A DNA stretch of 63,731 bases, the filler included, from Sluysia triapertura (lineage: Eukaryota), in NCBI GenBank assembly GCA_046118255.1. It is 5 parts of 5 records of this genome, joined end to end, with 100 filler letters (N's around TTAATTAATTAA, not from the genome) between each part and the next. Parts side by side here need not be neighbours in the genome. Positions count along the whole stretch, not along the records: positions 1 to 15,711 come from JBJNIA010221134.1; positions 15,812 to 26,893 come from JBJNIA010189198.1; 3 more parts are not named here. One strand, given 5' to 3'. The translations under genes were made by a program, and so were the position numbers. This document shows positions 12,194-24,689 of the stretch, one piece after another. Position 1 is the stretch's first letter, and every line of letters starts with the position of its first letter. The notes beneath the pieces were generated by a model that had not been told where the DNA came from, did no database searches, and was given only the letters and a program-made list of their open reading frames with translations.

Positions 12194-14140
12194 CAATAAA
12201 AATGTAACAAAACACAACAAAAAATTTCTTATTTACAAAATCTTACGAATTTCTTCAAATTTTTAATTTCGTTCGAGATCCAATTACACAAGATTTTGTT
12301 TTTCATCCGAGTCTAGAACAGATTATTGAATTCGTTTATATCAGGATCACGTTAGTTTAGTTTTTATAAGATAAGATATTCACAGAATATCGTAGGTAAA
12401 GTACATGTAAAATCTTTATTATTAATTGGGATCTTATAAAGATCTACAGTGATATATTTTTTAAAATTTCAACACAATTATAAAAACTAATTGAATTAGT
12501 TGTACGTAAAATTTGTATTTATTATTATACTGTTTATTACCCATGTTAATTTATTTTATTAATAAATTTTTTTAATTTCGTTCAATATTGTAATTATAGT
12601 TTTAAAATCGTAAACTTAATCGTTTAGACGTTTTCATATACTAGAAGTTAATTCTAGTTAGTAAAATGTATTATTATATTAGTAAAAATCTTATTTTAGT
12701 ATGATTATTTATACAAATTTAATCCAAATTTGATTGTTATTTGTTACTAAATTTTGAATTTAAATTAACTGTATGTAATCTCATTTTAAATTGATACAAC
12801 ATTATAATCTCAGTAATGTTTGAGCATTATTTTTAAAATTATTTTAATATTATTTTAAAAAATACTCAGTAAAAATGAGTATTATTTTTAAGATGTGGAC
12901 ATTATTTTACAAAATAAGTATTACGAAATATTAAATATCATAAAATATTAATATTATATTATAGTCAATATCGCCAATAACAATCGGCAAAGTTTCGCCG
13001 AACGATAATTTGAATTACAAGCGCATTTGTCAATATTTTCCAAATGATAGCCGCTTTTTCCAATTGTCTCTCGTATGTCTCTTCACTTTTCTTTTTTAGT
13101 GTGTTCGTTTATTTTTGTTGACGGTATTTATAGTCGAGTAAATGATTTTATTTCATTGGTTAAAGTATACAAATTTATAAAAGTTGCATAAGTTTATTTT
13201 AATCATAAAATTTAATTTCAGCCAATAAAATTTTCGTACATGAAAATTTCATGCAGACTAGAATTATGTACAAAATTTTATTAATGATAATCATAAAATA
13301 ATAATAATAATAATATGAAGTAATAAGTAATGAAAATCACACCATTGATTGATTGTTATTTTTATGTATGTGGTGATATCACATTATTGGTTGAAGCTGA
13401 TTATTGGACAGTAATTTATATAAATCACGATAACTTTGTCAGCATTTCACAATAGTACTTTATTTATAAATTTTTTATTTGATAATTTTTAACACTCAAT
13501 AATTTCATAAATATTGACAGTAATATTTTATTTATAAATATTTCAATCAGTACGCAAAAGTTTTCTACTATTTATCTGCAATAATTCTTACTATTTGTAA
13601 ATTGATTTAAGTCGACAGCTTACAGTCATTCCAATTCGAGAAATTCACGTTTTGTTAATTTTGTTAAGGTTTTACTTCTTTTAAATAATAAACCTAATAT
13701 TTAAAAATCTTCACGCAACTTTAAATGTTACGGTAAATTAATCACAAAATAAAAGTATGCGACGTATTTTCTTAAAAACTTAACGTGCAAACAATTAATA
13801 CAGAGCTTCTTGCTTACGTTCCATGGTTTAGGCTTAACGTGTCGTGTACCTATGTTTTTTCCTATACTTACGTGCAAAGAGGGTCGTCTAACGAATCCCA
13901 ACTTTGTGGATTAATTGAATTTGACTTAATATGTTAAAATATTCTACTAGTATCAGCACCTTACTAATTTCCTAAATATTCTTTCCTTACAAATTCGTAT
14001 TAATACTGTAACATAATATTCATTTATTATTAAAATTATTTATTATTCATAAAATAATATAATATTCATTTATTATTAAGTAATCCATTATTAAAATTAT
14101 TCGTATAAAATAATTAAATATAGAATTTAATTCGGGACAA

Positions 14141-14141
<1 letters not shown>

Positions 14142-14224
<83 letters not shown>
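14142..14224. repeat. (TAA)n-(TTA)n head-to-head microsatellite palindrome
   Basis: The TAA run to 14185 switches directly to (TTA)13. Confidence 0.9.
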
Positions 14225-14228
<4 letters not shown>

Positions 14229-14917
14229 TTCTTAATTAAAATAATGACAACATCTAAATTGCAATAATATTTAGTTTGTCTATCAAAGTCTACATTGTTT
14301 TTATAAAGTTATACAAATTTAATAATAATAATTATTATTATATTATTATGATTATTATTCAAAATTGTAGAAATATTACATTTATTTGAAATAAATTTGT
14401 CTTAATTTTATTAGATAGTTTGGAACTCTTTCTAATGGAAGATAATGCAAATCTTTGTCAAACAACTTCAAAGTATACTAGTTCTAAGAAAAATGAAGTA
14501 AAACTCGTTAAGTACACTTAATTCCAAAATCATCTACTCATAACATTATCTCTTTTATTCATCTTTCTTTATTAATTGTATTTTTGATGCATATCTTCTT
14601 TCATCTATAACTTCTAAATTGTTCCTTTGAAAAAGACCGAAAATATTAAATATTTTATGCTATTTTTGTTTATACAAACCTATTTTAAATTATTTATTTA
14701 TCCCAAAAGTAACCCAACCTCAAACTTAAATAAAAATTGGATATCAACAACGACAAATGAAATTTCTTCTTTTATGTCATTCTACTATTCATTTTCTTTT
14801 GCGAATAACAGTCTTTGGAATGACTTTTGTTGGGGGATCTTATTGATTTTGTTCTGATTTATTGATTTTTGTTCAGTGTGCGTTTCTGGAGCCTCATTCT
14901 TAAAAATTCAGCGAAGA

Positions 14918-15640
14918 ACTTTAGATTTAAACGAACGTATCTTCGTTATTAAGAATTACTATGCAAGGACTAGCTACTAGCATGTTGAAGAAAGATGGGA
15001 AGAGCAAACTTCAGAACATCTGTACCGAGTAAGTCGACAATGTTCAATATTGTATCCAAATTTGAAGTAACTGGTAGGTTTGCCGAAAACAGAGATACAG
15101 TAGCAGCTGCATTTGTTCATTCTCCTAAAAACCTATCCGACAGGCATCGAAAGAGCTGAACATTTCTCTAACCTCACGCTATCGTATTTTGCATGATATT
15201 GGCCTAAAAACATACAGACCTCATCTTCTTCATGCCTAAAATGAGGATGAACCCGATAAATGATTGTAATTTTGTTAAAAATCACTAGATTTTCCAGAAT
15301 TCATCTTAAGAAGTGATGAAGCTTGCTTCAAATTTAATGGGCATGTTAACAGACACATTTGTGTTTATTGGGACAGTGAGAATCCCTATCATATTATTGA
15401 AACGGAAGTTAATGTTCCTGGAATCGGCATCACTTGCCTAGTTGACCCATTCATCTTTGAATGAACTGTTAATGGTGAATGTTACCTTGATATGATGAAG
15501 ACTAGTGTTTCCAATTGTTAATGGGTTCTCTCACTTCGGTTATCTTCATTTTCAACAAGATGGAGCACCTGAACACTTGTTCGAGAATGGTTTGAATGTA
15601 TTGCCAGATCCCCAGATCTGACACCGCCTGATTTTTTTAT
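14918..15640 (+). mobile_element. Decayed IS630-Tc1-mariner transposase (DUF4817-HTH type, probably DD41D/rosa-like)
   Basis: Across stops and frameshifts: ERIFVIKNYY, PSKSTMFNIVSKFEVTG, RQASKELNIS, RILHDIGLKTYRP, SDEACFKFNGHVNRH..VYWDSENP, TVNGECYLDM, FQQDGAPEH, RSPDLTPPDFF. Confidence 0.9.
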
Positions 15641-15711
15641 TCTAAAACGCCTAGGATAAGTGATCAAATTATTCAGCACGAATGGAACCAGAAAGTCGGT
15701 TACAATAATAT

Positions 15712-15811
15712 NNNNNNNNNNNNNNNNNNNNNNNNNNNNNNNNNNNNNNNNNNNNTTAATTAATTAANNNNNNNNNNNNNNNNNNNNNNNNNNNNNNNNN
15801 NNNNNNNNNNN
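15712..15811. other. Artificial contig-joining spacer (44 N + TTAATTAATTAA + 44 N)
   Basis: Exactly 100 bp. The 12-mer has stops in all six frames. Identical structure occurs four times. Confidence 0.97.
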
Positions 15812-17189
15812 GTAGTAAAAGCAGTTTAGATTATTAAATTAAAAAAATTCAAATACATTAATTATTTATGAAAAACAGTATGATCTAATTTAAAATAAAT
15901 ATTGGATGTGTATATGAAAATGATTTAATCATTCCATCTTATAAGCATGACAATTTGGATGATCTACCCATCAAATTCGAAAGAAATTATTACCAACATA
16001 TGAGCTAAAATCAAATTAATTATGTGCAATAATGACCAGAATTCAAAGAGAGGGAAAGTTTAATTCCGCTGGTAATAAGTATAAGATTACAATTAATTGA
16101 TAGCGTCGTTCTCTTAATTTAAAAAATAATTTGTTACATTACATAAACTTTATAAGACTCTATCGTAACTATCGTTTACTTTGTCAGAGTTTAGATCATC
16201 TTTACATTAGCGTTTTGAATTACTTTATCAAGGCTAACATAAACTTTATAATATACTTTATCGTAATTATCGTTGACTTTATCATTTAATTGATAATCAC
16301 ATTCGTATAATCTATCGTTTTATACCAGCATAGTCATCTGGCACTTTTACTCTTTTGTTTTGAATTTTCTATTTAAATTATTTTTCGATCTGAATTATTA
16401 ATTCTGTTACTCTGTAATACATTTGTTATTGTGCAGATTTGACAACCATTTCTTTTTTTCATTTTTGTTTTACCTGATATTATTATCATAATCAATCTGA
16501 TGTTTTTTTCATTTTAACATACTGCATGCAGACAGAATATATTATTCTTCATTCAGTGAAAAGCGACTTTGTGTACACTTTATTTAATTGGCAGCCATCT
16601 TTCAATTTCATTTTCTCGAATTTTTAATATGTGTATTCTTATATTCTATTTCTGAAATTATAAAAAAATTATATTATTTTACTTTGATTCAAATATTTTC
16701 TATAGTTATCTTATTATTGTAGTTCATCATAATGCCTCGTCTTAGTTCTTTAATAACGTTCAACTTCTTCTGTTATCCTAAGTTTTGACCCTTATATCAA
16801 CCCTTATCCTTCACTAATCCCAACAATATATACATGCATATATACACGTAACATGTCCAATAAGAGTTGTAAAAAGTAACGTACACTATAAATCGAGTAT
16901 CCTTAATAAATGTAGAAACATGTATTTAAAAATATGTCAATAAAAATTTAAACACAACGAATTAACGAATTATGCATGACAAATAACTATTGTATTCGTA
17001 TTCGAATGTTGAATGTTCTATTGGGATTGCCCAACTGTAAGATCAGAAGATGATTGAGAAATATATAGAATTATTAGATAAAAGAAAAAACTGATACAAA
17101 GTGATGGGTTGAACACGGTAAACATTGTTGTAATAAGAATCATGAAAGTAAAAGCATCTATAATAATGTCAACAGTTAAAGAATATATT

Positions 17190-17580
17190 GGAGTTCCAAA
17201 GACCTATGTAAGGGTTCGAGATCATGTGGAAACTTGAGATGGACTAGAAAAACCTTTGGAGACAATAAGGTACCTTTTGAACTTGAGAGCCTTTGGATCA
17301 TATAAAACCTTAGCAACCTTTAAGCATTCTTGGAATATCAATAAGCATTTGAGATCCTTTAGTAACCTTATAAAGTGTATAAAATCTTTAAAATGGTTGA
17401 GAAATAAAATTTTTGTTCAAAATAATAAAGATAAGTTTAACATAGTAATAATTAACCTGAAAAATTGGAAAAAGGAATAAGAGAGGTGAAGGTGAAAACA
17501 TCTAAATCCTCCTGAATGCCTTATAAACTACTAAAATATTTTAGAACTTCAATAAAACCTTTAAACATAGAATAAGATTA
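17190..17580 (-). repeat. Decayed Gly-X-Y (collagen-like) tract of the unclassified family
   Basis: Minus strand reads KGSQ...LKGC*GFI*SKGSQVQK with ggt/gga/ggc recurring on a 9-nt period. 17505-17580 matches 30395-30470. Confidence 0.55.
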
Positions 17581-17589
17581 AGTCTAAAA

Positions 17590-18400
17590 ATAGATTAATT
17601 GATTAAAAATATTAATTTACTTAATTAAGAAAAATCACGTTTCTGTGAATAAATTTTGAATGCGGAATGCTATGTTAAATTTGAAACTGTGAATGTATTT
17701 GTTTTGGAAAGACCTTTTGACGAAGGTATGGTTTGACCGAATTCATGCAAGGAAAGCCTTAATATTGAGCAAAGTCAAATTGTAATTAAATTTTAATTAT
17801 GGAATGTTGAATTTTTAATACTTAGAGTGATGCAAATGTGATGAATGGAATATGAGATGATTGCTATGAAAAAGGAGAATCTATGAGTGAACGCGAAATG
17901 TTTGTCAAATGGTTCGTTTGAGACTAAGAACCTTAAAACATTTTTCATTAGAAAATTAATTAAATAATAGAAAGTGAAATTATATTCATTATTTTTATGT
18001 ATGTTAACAGTGTTGCTGATTGTTATTTTAATGTGAGAAGTAATTTAAGTAAAAATTGATTGAGTAGAGTAAGGGGAAATGATGGTTGATAATAAATCAA
18101 ATTTCTATGTTTTGTACCTAATAAAGTTTGACAGACTATACCATGTAGTTGTCAAAATTGTTATTGTCGGTCTGATTCTCAAAGAGATTTGGATGATTTG
18201 TGAGAGAGTGTTAGGTTATGAAATTGTGAATTGATTGGATGATGAGAGAATATAAAATAAAGATTTCAAAAGTTTTATAACACATTAATACAATAACACA
18301 ACAACAACGATGTCACAATGATGATAGAAGATCCATGCATAGGGTAAAACTAGTAAAATTTGTTAATTTTTTATTATTTCATTAAAATAGCATAAATAAC
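17590..18400. repeat. Unclassified repeat module X (copies at about 30480-31200 same strand, about 44460-44760 inverted)
   Basis: Long colinear matches, e.g. ttcatg..aggaaagcct..atattgagcaaagtc, cgaaatgtttgt.aaatggttcgtttg, agaaccttaaa, gaagatccatg. Confidence 0.9.
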
Positions 18401-18689
18401 TTATTTTATTTTAATTTGGATAATTTTAATATTACATCATTTTCAGTTAATTTTTAAGCTGCTTTTAAGGTAAGTTTATAGGAAACTCACTGTACAGTTT
18501 TTGTTAAAGTTATATTTAATTTTCAGTTATTTTAACGTAATTTTTAGAAAAACACTACGTAGATTTGGCCAAAATTTATATTTGATTTTTAGCTAATTAA
18601 AAGATAATTTTAGAGGGAGACACTCTGCCCAATTTATTTTTAAAGTATTTTTAATTATCATTACTATTCTAAACTTTTTGGATATTTAT

Positions 18690-19320
18690 TTTTGTGGTTG
18701 TTGCGCCACTCCTGGTTGTTTTGTCTTAATTGTAGTGTCTTTAATCGTATTATTGTTCAACTTTTCTAAGTTTGAGCCAATTATAAAAATTATCAAATTT
18801 AAGGGTTCGCCTGTGATGCACGATTTATTTTTTGCTTGAAAAGACGTGTTCACAGGATTTTTGATGTCAAGTACTGCGTAAAGGATTTCTTATTACTATT
18901 ATGCAATCTCCTAATTGTTATAATACTTATTGTTTCAATTATCTTTTAGTAACTGTTCAATTGATTTCTTATAAAGGGTGACTTAATTCGTTCAAAATTA
19001 TAATTTGATTAGATATCTTATTCAGATTATGTTTCCTCGTGATTGAAAAGGAAAGACTCTTAAAATAAACGTATGTATTTTTTTGATTATATAACAAAAA
19101 GCAAATATATAAAATTATACAAAATAATTATATAAATATAAGGATACATGATCTCTCCTGAATAATCAAATAGTGAATTTTAACTCAGGCGAATGCTTGA
19201 GTGGTTTTTAAAAATTAAACGAGTGATTTTTCGTGGATTTTAAGGCAAACTATTTATGCCAGAACCTTACAAAAATAAACATACTTATTCATGGAACTTG
19301 TTTAATTTATCAAAATTTCC
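18690..19320. repeat. Unclassified repeat module Y (copy at about 38590-38950, inverted relic at about 54540-55280)
   Basis: tgttcaacttttctaagtt, gcctgtgatgYacg, aaagacgt, ttttaagg.aaa and acatacttatt..catggaa are colinear with 38602-38950. taaaatccacgaaaa at about 54558 is the reverse complement of about 19228-19242. Confidence 0.8.
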
Positions 19321-19459
19321 AGTAATTGCGATCGTGATGAACTGTGATTAACTCCTGTATCTGAAGCGATACTTCTGAATATTCCAAATAGTAGTTGCGA
19401 TCGTGATGAACTGTAATTAACTAGTTTATCCGAAATGATAATTCTGAATATTCCAAATA
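19321..19459. repeat. 69-bp tandem duplication (2 copies)
   Basis: agtaRttgcgatcgtgatgaactgtRattaact...ttctgaatattccaaat starts at 19321 and at 19390. Confidence 0.9.
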
Positions 19460-21688
19460 AACCCAATCGAATAGTACTCGTCAGTAAATATTGTAGTCGT
19501 ATTATTATTGTGTCTGTCGTAGGATTTTAATATGCCTTTTATATTATTTTTTTGTACATCAGTTCCATGAATAAATAATTCCGTTTTTAAATATAAATGC
19601 AAGTTTTTACTTTCAAAATAAAGTAAATATTAACAAATCAATGAAAATTATTATAAATAAAAGTTTTTTCATTTTTAGTTTTCAATTAAATAAGTTTATT
19701 TTTACTTCCAAATTAATGAAAATTAATATATATATTTACAAATTAATATAAATAAAAGTTTTTCAATAAAATGAAAGTTTATTTTTAATGTAAATAATTA
19801 TTAATTTTGCCTATTAACAATTTTATTGAATTAAATTTATTTTGTCCAATTTCTTTAAATTAAATTTACATTTATTTTTTTATTCTGTACAATTTACATT
19901 TACGCAATGTTAAATTTATGTTTACACAATATTAAATTCATACTTACATTATTTACAATACTTAGATTTTGAAATTTTAAAACAGGAAAGCTTAATAAAC
20001 TCGAATAATACAATTTATAAATTTAATAACAAATTAAATTTGAATTTAAAAATTATCCAATGCTACAAACAACATGCTAGTACAAAACTCATAAATATTA
20101 CGTAAAAATGACGAAGCAAGTACACATGCTATTATTTAAATTAAATCTTTCCAACAATAAGCAGTTTGAAACCAGAAATTTTAAAAAATAAAAGCACAAT
20201 AAATAAAAAAACCACAACTGCAATACATTTAGACGTAAAACATTAAAAAGTTGCTAACGGCAATAAACTATCATATGACATATAACTAATATTAATTTTT
20301 TTAATTTTCAATTTTTTTTAATTAGTTTTTATATTCTTTATTTTATAATTTACAGCGTGGTATATTTAATAATTATTAAAGTATCTATTTTTACTGTTTG
20401 TCAATTATACATGAATTTTAATATAAATGAATCAGAAGAATCTTTAAAATTTAATGAAGACTTAAATGGATACCATGAAAGTATCCATTTAACTGAAAAT
20501 GACGACGATGATATACATATTGGTCAATGTCGATCAAGTGCTACTGATGAAGATTTCAGCAGTTGGATAAGTGATTTAGAAGATTTATCCGAATCAGATA
20601 AATTCAAAAACGATGAACATAAAAATTAATTGAAGGAAATAAAGAGTTTCAAATGAAATATTGGTATTTAACTCCAAAGGAAAATGAATTTTCAAAAATT
20701 TTGGAAACCAATGATCAAATTGAACTAAGTTCAAATAAAATGAATGAGCTACAAAAAAGAATATTACTGCAAACATACCTTTTTGAAATGAGTTTTAAGT
20801 TAATGAATTTTTTTATTCAAATATCGTAGATTATAACACGTACAGTATACGCTACAAACATGTTAAGTTTAATATAAGTTTCATATTGTTCGTAATATAA
20901 GTTTACCTTACTTTAAAAAATTTATGTACAAACAATAAAACCAGTCTTTCACATTCCTAATTCATTAATAATTTGTTTTCATTATTAACACTACTACTAC
21001 TGCTGCTAATATCTTAGGTTCCTCTATTAGTAAAGTAAAATAACTTACTGACAAAGATTTATTACAACAGCTACAACAATGGTATAGTTGCAAAGAATAA
21101 AATAATAATATAATTAGATTTATCACACGTATCGAGTATTGACCTTCAAACTTCAGTGAAAATATAAAAAATTTATCCATGATAAAATTTTAATTTGGCC
21201 GCTTTTTGTAATTTAGTTGCTTTTTTCGTGATCCACTACACAAATAAGCAGTAATAATAAGTAATAATTATTGCATAATAATAAGTTTAATTAATCGATA
21301 AATTATACAAATTATGAACTATTATTTACTGAGTTTCATTTAATCAAAAAATAGGCAATTACAAGATACTTTTTGGATAATTGAATTAAAATTTTTAAAC
21401 GAATAAACAAATGTTTCATTGCACATTAGAATTACGTTTTAGTTTATATTCGCAACTGGCTGTAAAGTATTTTTATGCATTATTGAATTCGTTTGAAAAA
21501 TTTAATTTAAAGTAATTTATAGAGTAATTAGAATTATATTATATTATATTTAGATGTAGTAAACATTATATTTATAACATGTTTTAGAAATTTGCAGTTA
21601 TCATTTTAATTATTTTACTTTAGGTATTTACTTCAATTCATTTTAGGCTGATGGCTAAATAATATACTATTTTAATTATTTTAACTAC

Positions 21689-21869
21689 TTAACACGTTCA
21701 CTACCAAGTGACATTTTCAAATTAATTAATTTTATGGGAAAGATATTGAATTTAGATTATTTTTGATTGATTTATTAGTTATACGAGTTCTACAAATTAA
21801 TTAGTAGCTGGCACATAAACACAAACTTCGATCGACAAGATAACTCGTAGCTGGCAGAGAACTTATTAA
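21689..21869. mobile_element. piggyBac-type non-autonomous element (MITE), decayed
   Basis: TTAA-CACGTTCACTACCAAGTGACA ... GATAACTCGTAGCTGGCAGAGAACTTA-TTAA. Both ends are homologous to the element at 49700-49765. Confidence 0.65.
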
Positions 21870-22208
21870 TAATTAATTTTGTTTAAAGTTTGAGGTGATG
21901 AGTAAGTATATTGTCGTGCTAAAAAATCCAAAGCAATATTTTAAAATTCGTACTTCCATCTCACAAGAAGTTCGAGTTATAAGAACTCACGATATAATAA
22001 TAAATTAATTTTAATTTAGGTCGTGATACAAAAGTTATTCGAGTTGAAACTTTAATTTGCCACGATAATTTTTTAGAAATACAAATAATTTTGATTTTAA
22101 TAATTGGAGTAAAAGGTACCCATTGTTAAGAAACATATAAAGCATAATTTCTTTACACATTGGTAATTTTATGTTTAATTAATTTTTAATATTTAATTTA
22201 AATATTAC

Positions 22209-22324
22209 TTTTATAATTAAATTTGGAAAACTTGTTATTGCTCCAACTGCATCTCGATCTATTGGTGATTTTTGTCTTACTTCACATGATGGAGATAGAA
22301 TATCAAAATATGAAGCATATGTAC
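22209..22324 (-). CDS. Cadherin-repeat protein, exon 5 of 5 visible (paralogue of exon 1)
   Basis: tttag|GTACATATG...ATAAAA|gtaat. Encodes GTYASYFDILSPSCEVRQKSPIDRDAVGAITSFPNLIIK, with the IDRD motif. Phase 1 to 0. Confidence 0.88.
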
Positions 22325-22646
22325 CTAAATAATTAATATGAATAATATAGTGTAGTTGAAAAAATTTCGGAAACCCTCGATAACACGATTTATATTGTTT
22401 TAGAACGCATCTCTCCTTTTTGATACAGGAGAGACACCTCAATTAAAGTCATACTGTGTTAGTTAAAATAATGCTTTAAATTTAATATATGATGAAAATA
22501 TATTTTTGAATTAATAATTTAAATATTGGAAATTTTATTTTAATATTTAAAATAATATTAAAAAATTAATTATTGTAGTGGTTTTCTGATCTTTTTAAAA
22601 CGTTTGAATATTGCTCTAGTGTTAATGTTAATGTTTACAAACTAAC

Positions 22647-22803
22647 CTGATATAGTACAAGTAATAGCATCAGCTGGATTATGACTTGTTTCAATATCTG
22701 ACACAGAAATAGAAGTACATCCTGCAGTTGTTGATTCTTCTGGTAATGAGCAAATATATGATGTTGATGTAAATACCGGAGCAACATCAAATACATCTGT
22801 TAC
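22647..22803 (-). CDS. Cadherin-repeat protein, exon 4
   Basis: tacag|GTAACAGAT...TCAG|gttag. Encodes VTDVFDVAPVFTSTSYICSLPEESTTAGCTSISVSDIETSHNPADAITCTIS, with DxxDxxPxF and PE motifs. Phase 0 to 1. Confidence 0.9.
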
Positions 22804-23771
22804 CTGTATCAAAAAAGTTTTTATTATGTTGAAACTTTCGATTATTAAACACTCAAAGCAAACTTTATTAATTCAGCTTCTGTTTTTTATTCTGCAAAAC
22901 AGAATTTTAACTCTTTTTTAACTATATCGATAAATTAACTTTTTCAGATCCAAAAAATTATCAGCTTGATACATAAACTATTTTAAAAATATCTCATAAG
23001 ATATCTGCTACATATATATAAACAATTTTACATAGAAATAATGGTTATATGGCGTGATGCTTATTTTAAAATAATATAAAAGTATAACACTGGTGAAAAA
23101 AGTTTTGTTAAAAAAAGATTTTCGTCATAACATAACTTAGAATCGAGAAAATAAACAAAAACTAATATTATATTCGGCATATGAACAATCAGTTGACAAT
23201 TATTATTTTGAATGGAATTCTCGATTAAGCGTTACATTGATTTTTCACATTATTCGCGAAAATAATTAATCTGATCCTCATTAATTTCCTTAATTAAATT
23301 AATGAACAAAATAATACTCACAACCTCATATCATTGACACTCTTTAAAACTAGTAATACAATTTTAATTTATTTATAAATTTTTTAAAAGTTTAGATAAA
23401 ATTGAAAAAAATTTCGAAAACTTTACGTGTGGTTAGCATCTTATCACTGATAGATAAGTTTTTTTAATTGTTGCGATTGCACTCTTGTCATTATAAATTT
23501 TATTTTATTGTTGTATCAATAAATCTTCAGTAGTTAGAGTTTTATTTTTTGCGGCTTTGAAAGAGCTTAAATTTTAATCGCACTTGCATCTTAAGAGACG
23601 AGTTAGAACTATGATTTTTCAGGGAGAAACTGTTTATATTAAGGTCTTAAATTTAGTAAATAATTTGAATAATTTAAAACTTGAATAAATATATTTAAAA
23701 GGAGTTGAAAGTAAAGTTGTATTTGTTTACGAATAATTTTTAATTTAGTAATTCAGTGAACAATAAATATT

Positions 23772-23821
<50 letters not shown>

Positions 23822-23849
23822 TATAATTATAATTATAAAAATAAAATAC

Positions 23850-23992
23850 CGTGTAAGTAAATGTAATTGTGACGGTCTTTCTTTGTGTTGTATCAGTAGC
23901 TAAGTCATTAACAAGTACATTGAAATTAAATGGATTAGGAGTCAAAGTATCGAAATCAATAGCTGTATTTAAATTGACTGAGCAGGTTGAAC
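23850..23992 (-). CDS. Cadherin-repeat protein, exon 3
   Basis: ttaag|GTTCAACC...TACACG|gtatt. Encodes SSTCSVNLNTAIDFDTLTPNPFNFNVLVNDLATDTTQRKTVTITFTYT, with IDFD and VxD motifs. Phase 1 to 0. Confidence 0.88.
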
Positions 23993-24230
23993 CTTAAATA
24001 TTAAATAAAAATTTGAAAATTGAAGTTAATCAAAAATATTTTAGTGTACGACAAATATATCAAATTGATCATCTTGTATAATGCAATACATTAGCAAACT
24101 ACATAATTCTGATAAACGCAAAAGTGGTAACATTAAATAGCTATTTTTTATCATTAGTAATCATAAATAAATCATATTTTTTGTAGTTCAAAAAATCATT
24201 TATATACAATTTTATTTAATAATTTTAATT

Positions 24231-24689
24231 TTAATTAGGATCTAGGTAGCCTAATTAATGGACTTAATATTTTTATTTTATTATTATTAAAAAGATAAGG
24301 TTCTTTTTATTTCGAAAAGTAATCTGCGTCTCTGTTTTGAGTTTTTGAGTATTTAAAGTAAACGATAGTAAATTGACAAAGAAAGTGCTACAGAGTCATG
24401 ATGAATGATGTAAAAGATTTGAAGTGATTATATATGACTTTCATGAGATAGATGTAAGCTGATGTTTAAAGTGTGTAATAAGTGATATTGTAGTTATTAT
24501 TGTTTACGAAAATGATTCATTTAAAAGTGATACTGATACTGAAGATAAGATTGTTAACAATGCGCATTATATTAAGTATTTAAAATGATATGAAAGGTGT
24601 AAATAAGAAACAACTGAAAGAATTGAGATATACTTATGATTGTGCGGCTTATGATCAAGATTTTTGGGGCTACTTAGAATCCCTTTTAA
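24231..24689. mobile_element. Possible Kolobok-like (TTAA-flanked) non-autonomous element in a cadherin intron
   Basis: Left end ttaattaggatctaggtagcc versus reverse complement of the right end ttaaaagggattctaagtagcc: imperfect TIRs bounded by TTAA. Confidence 0.35.

Noticed and set aside
13864-13910. U1 snRNA (ATACTTAC start, AACTTTGTGG Sm-like site)
   Set aside because: Reads ATACTTACGTG rather than ATACTTACCTG, is far too short, and lacks the U1 stem-loops.
15756-15767. TTAATTAATTAA as a biological motif or piggyBac target
   Set aside because: Always centred in exactly 44+44 Ns, so it is an assembly linker.
18325-18362. Walker A motif (IEDPCI-GKTS)
   Set aside because: Needs a frameshift, lacks the first Gly, and is absent from the homologous copy at about 31170.
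20357-20629. Acidic ORF as a piggyBac transposase N-terminus
   Set aside because: Only low-complexity D/E/S content; no DDD core or TIR was found nearby.
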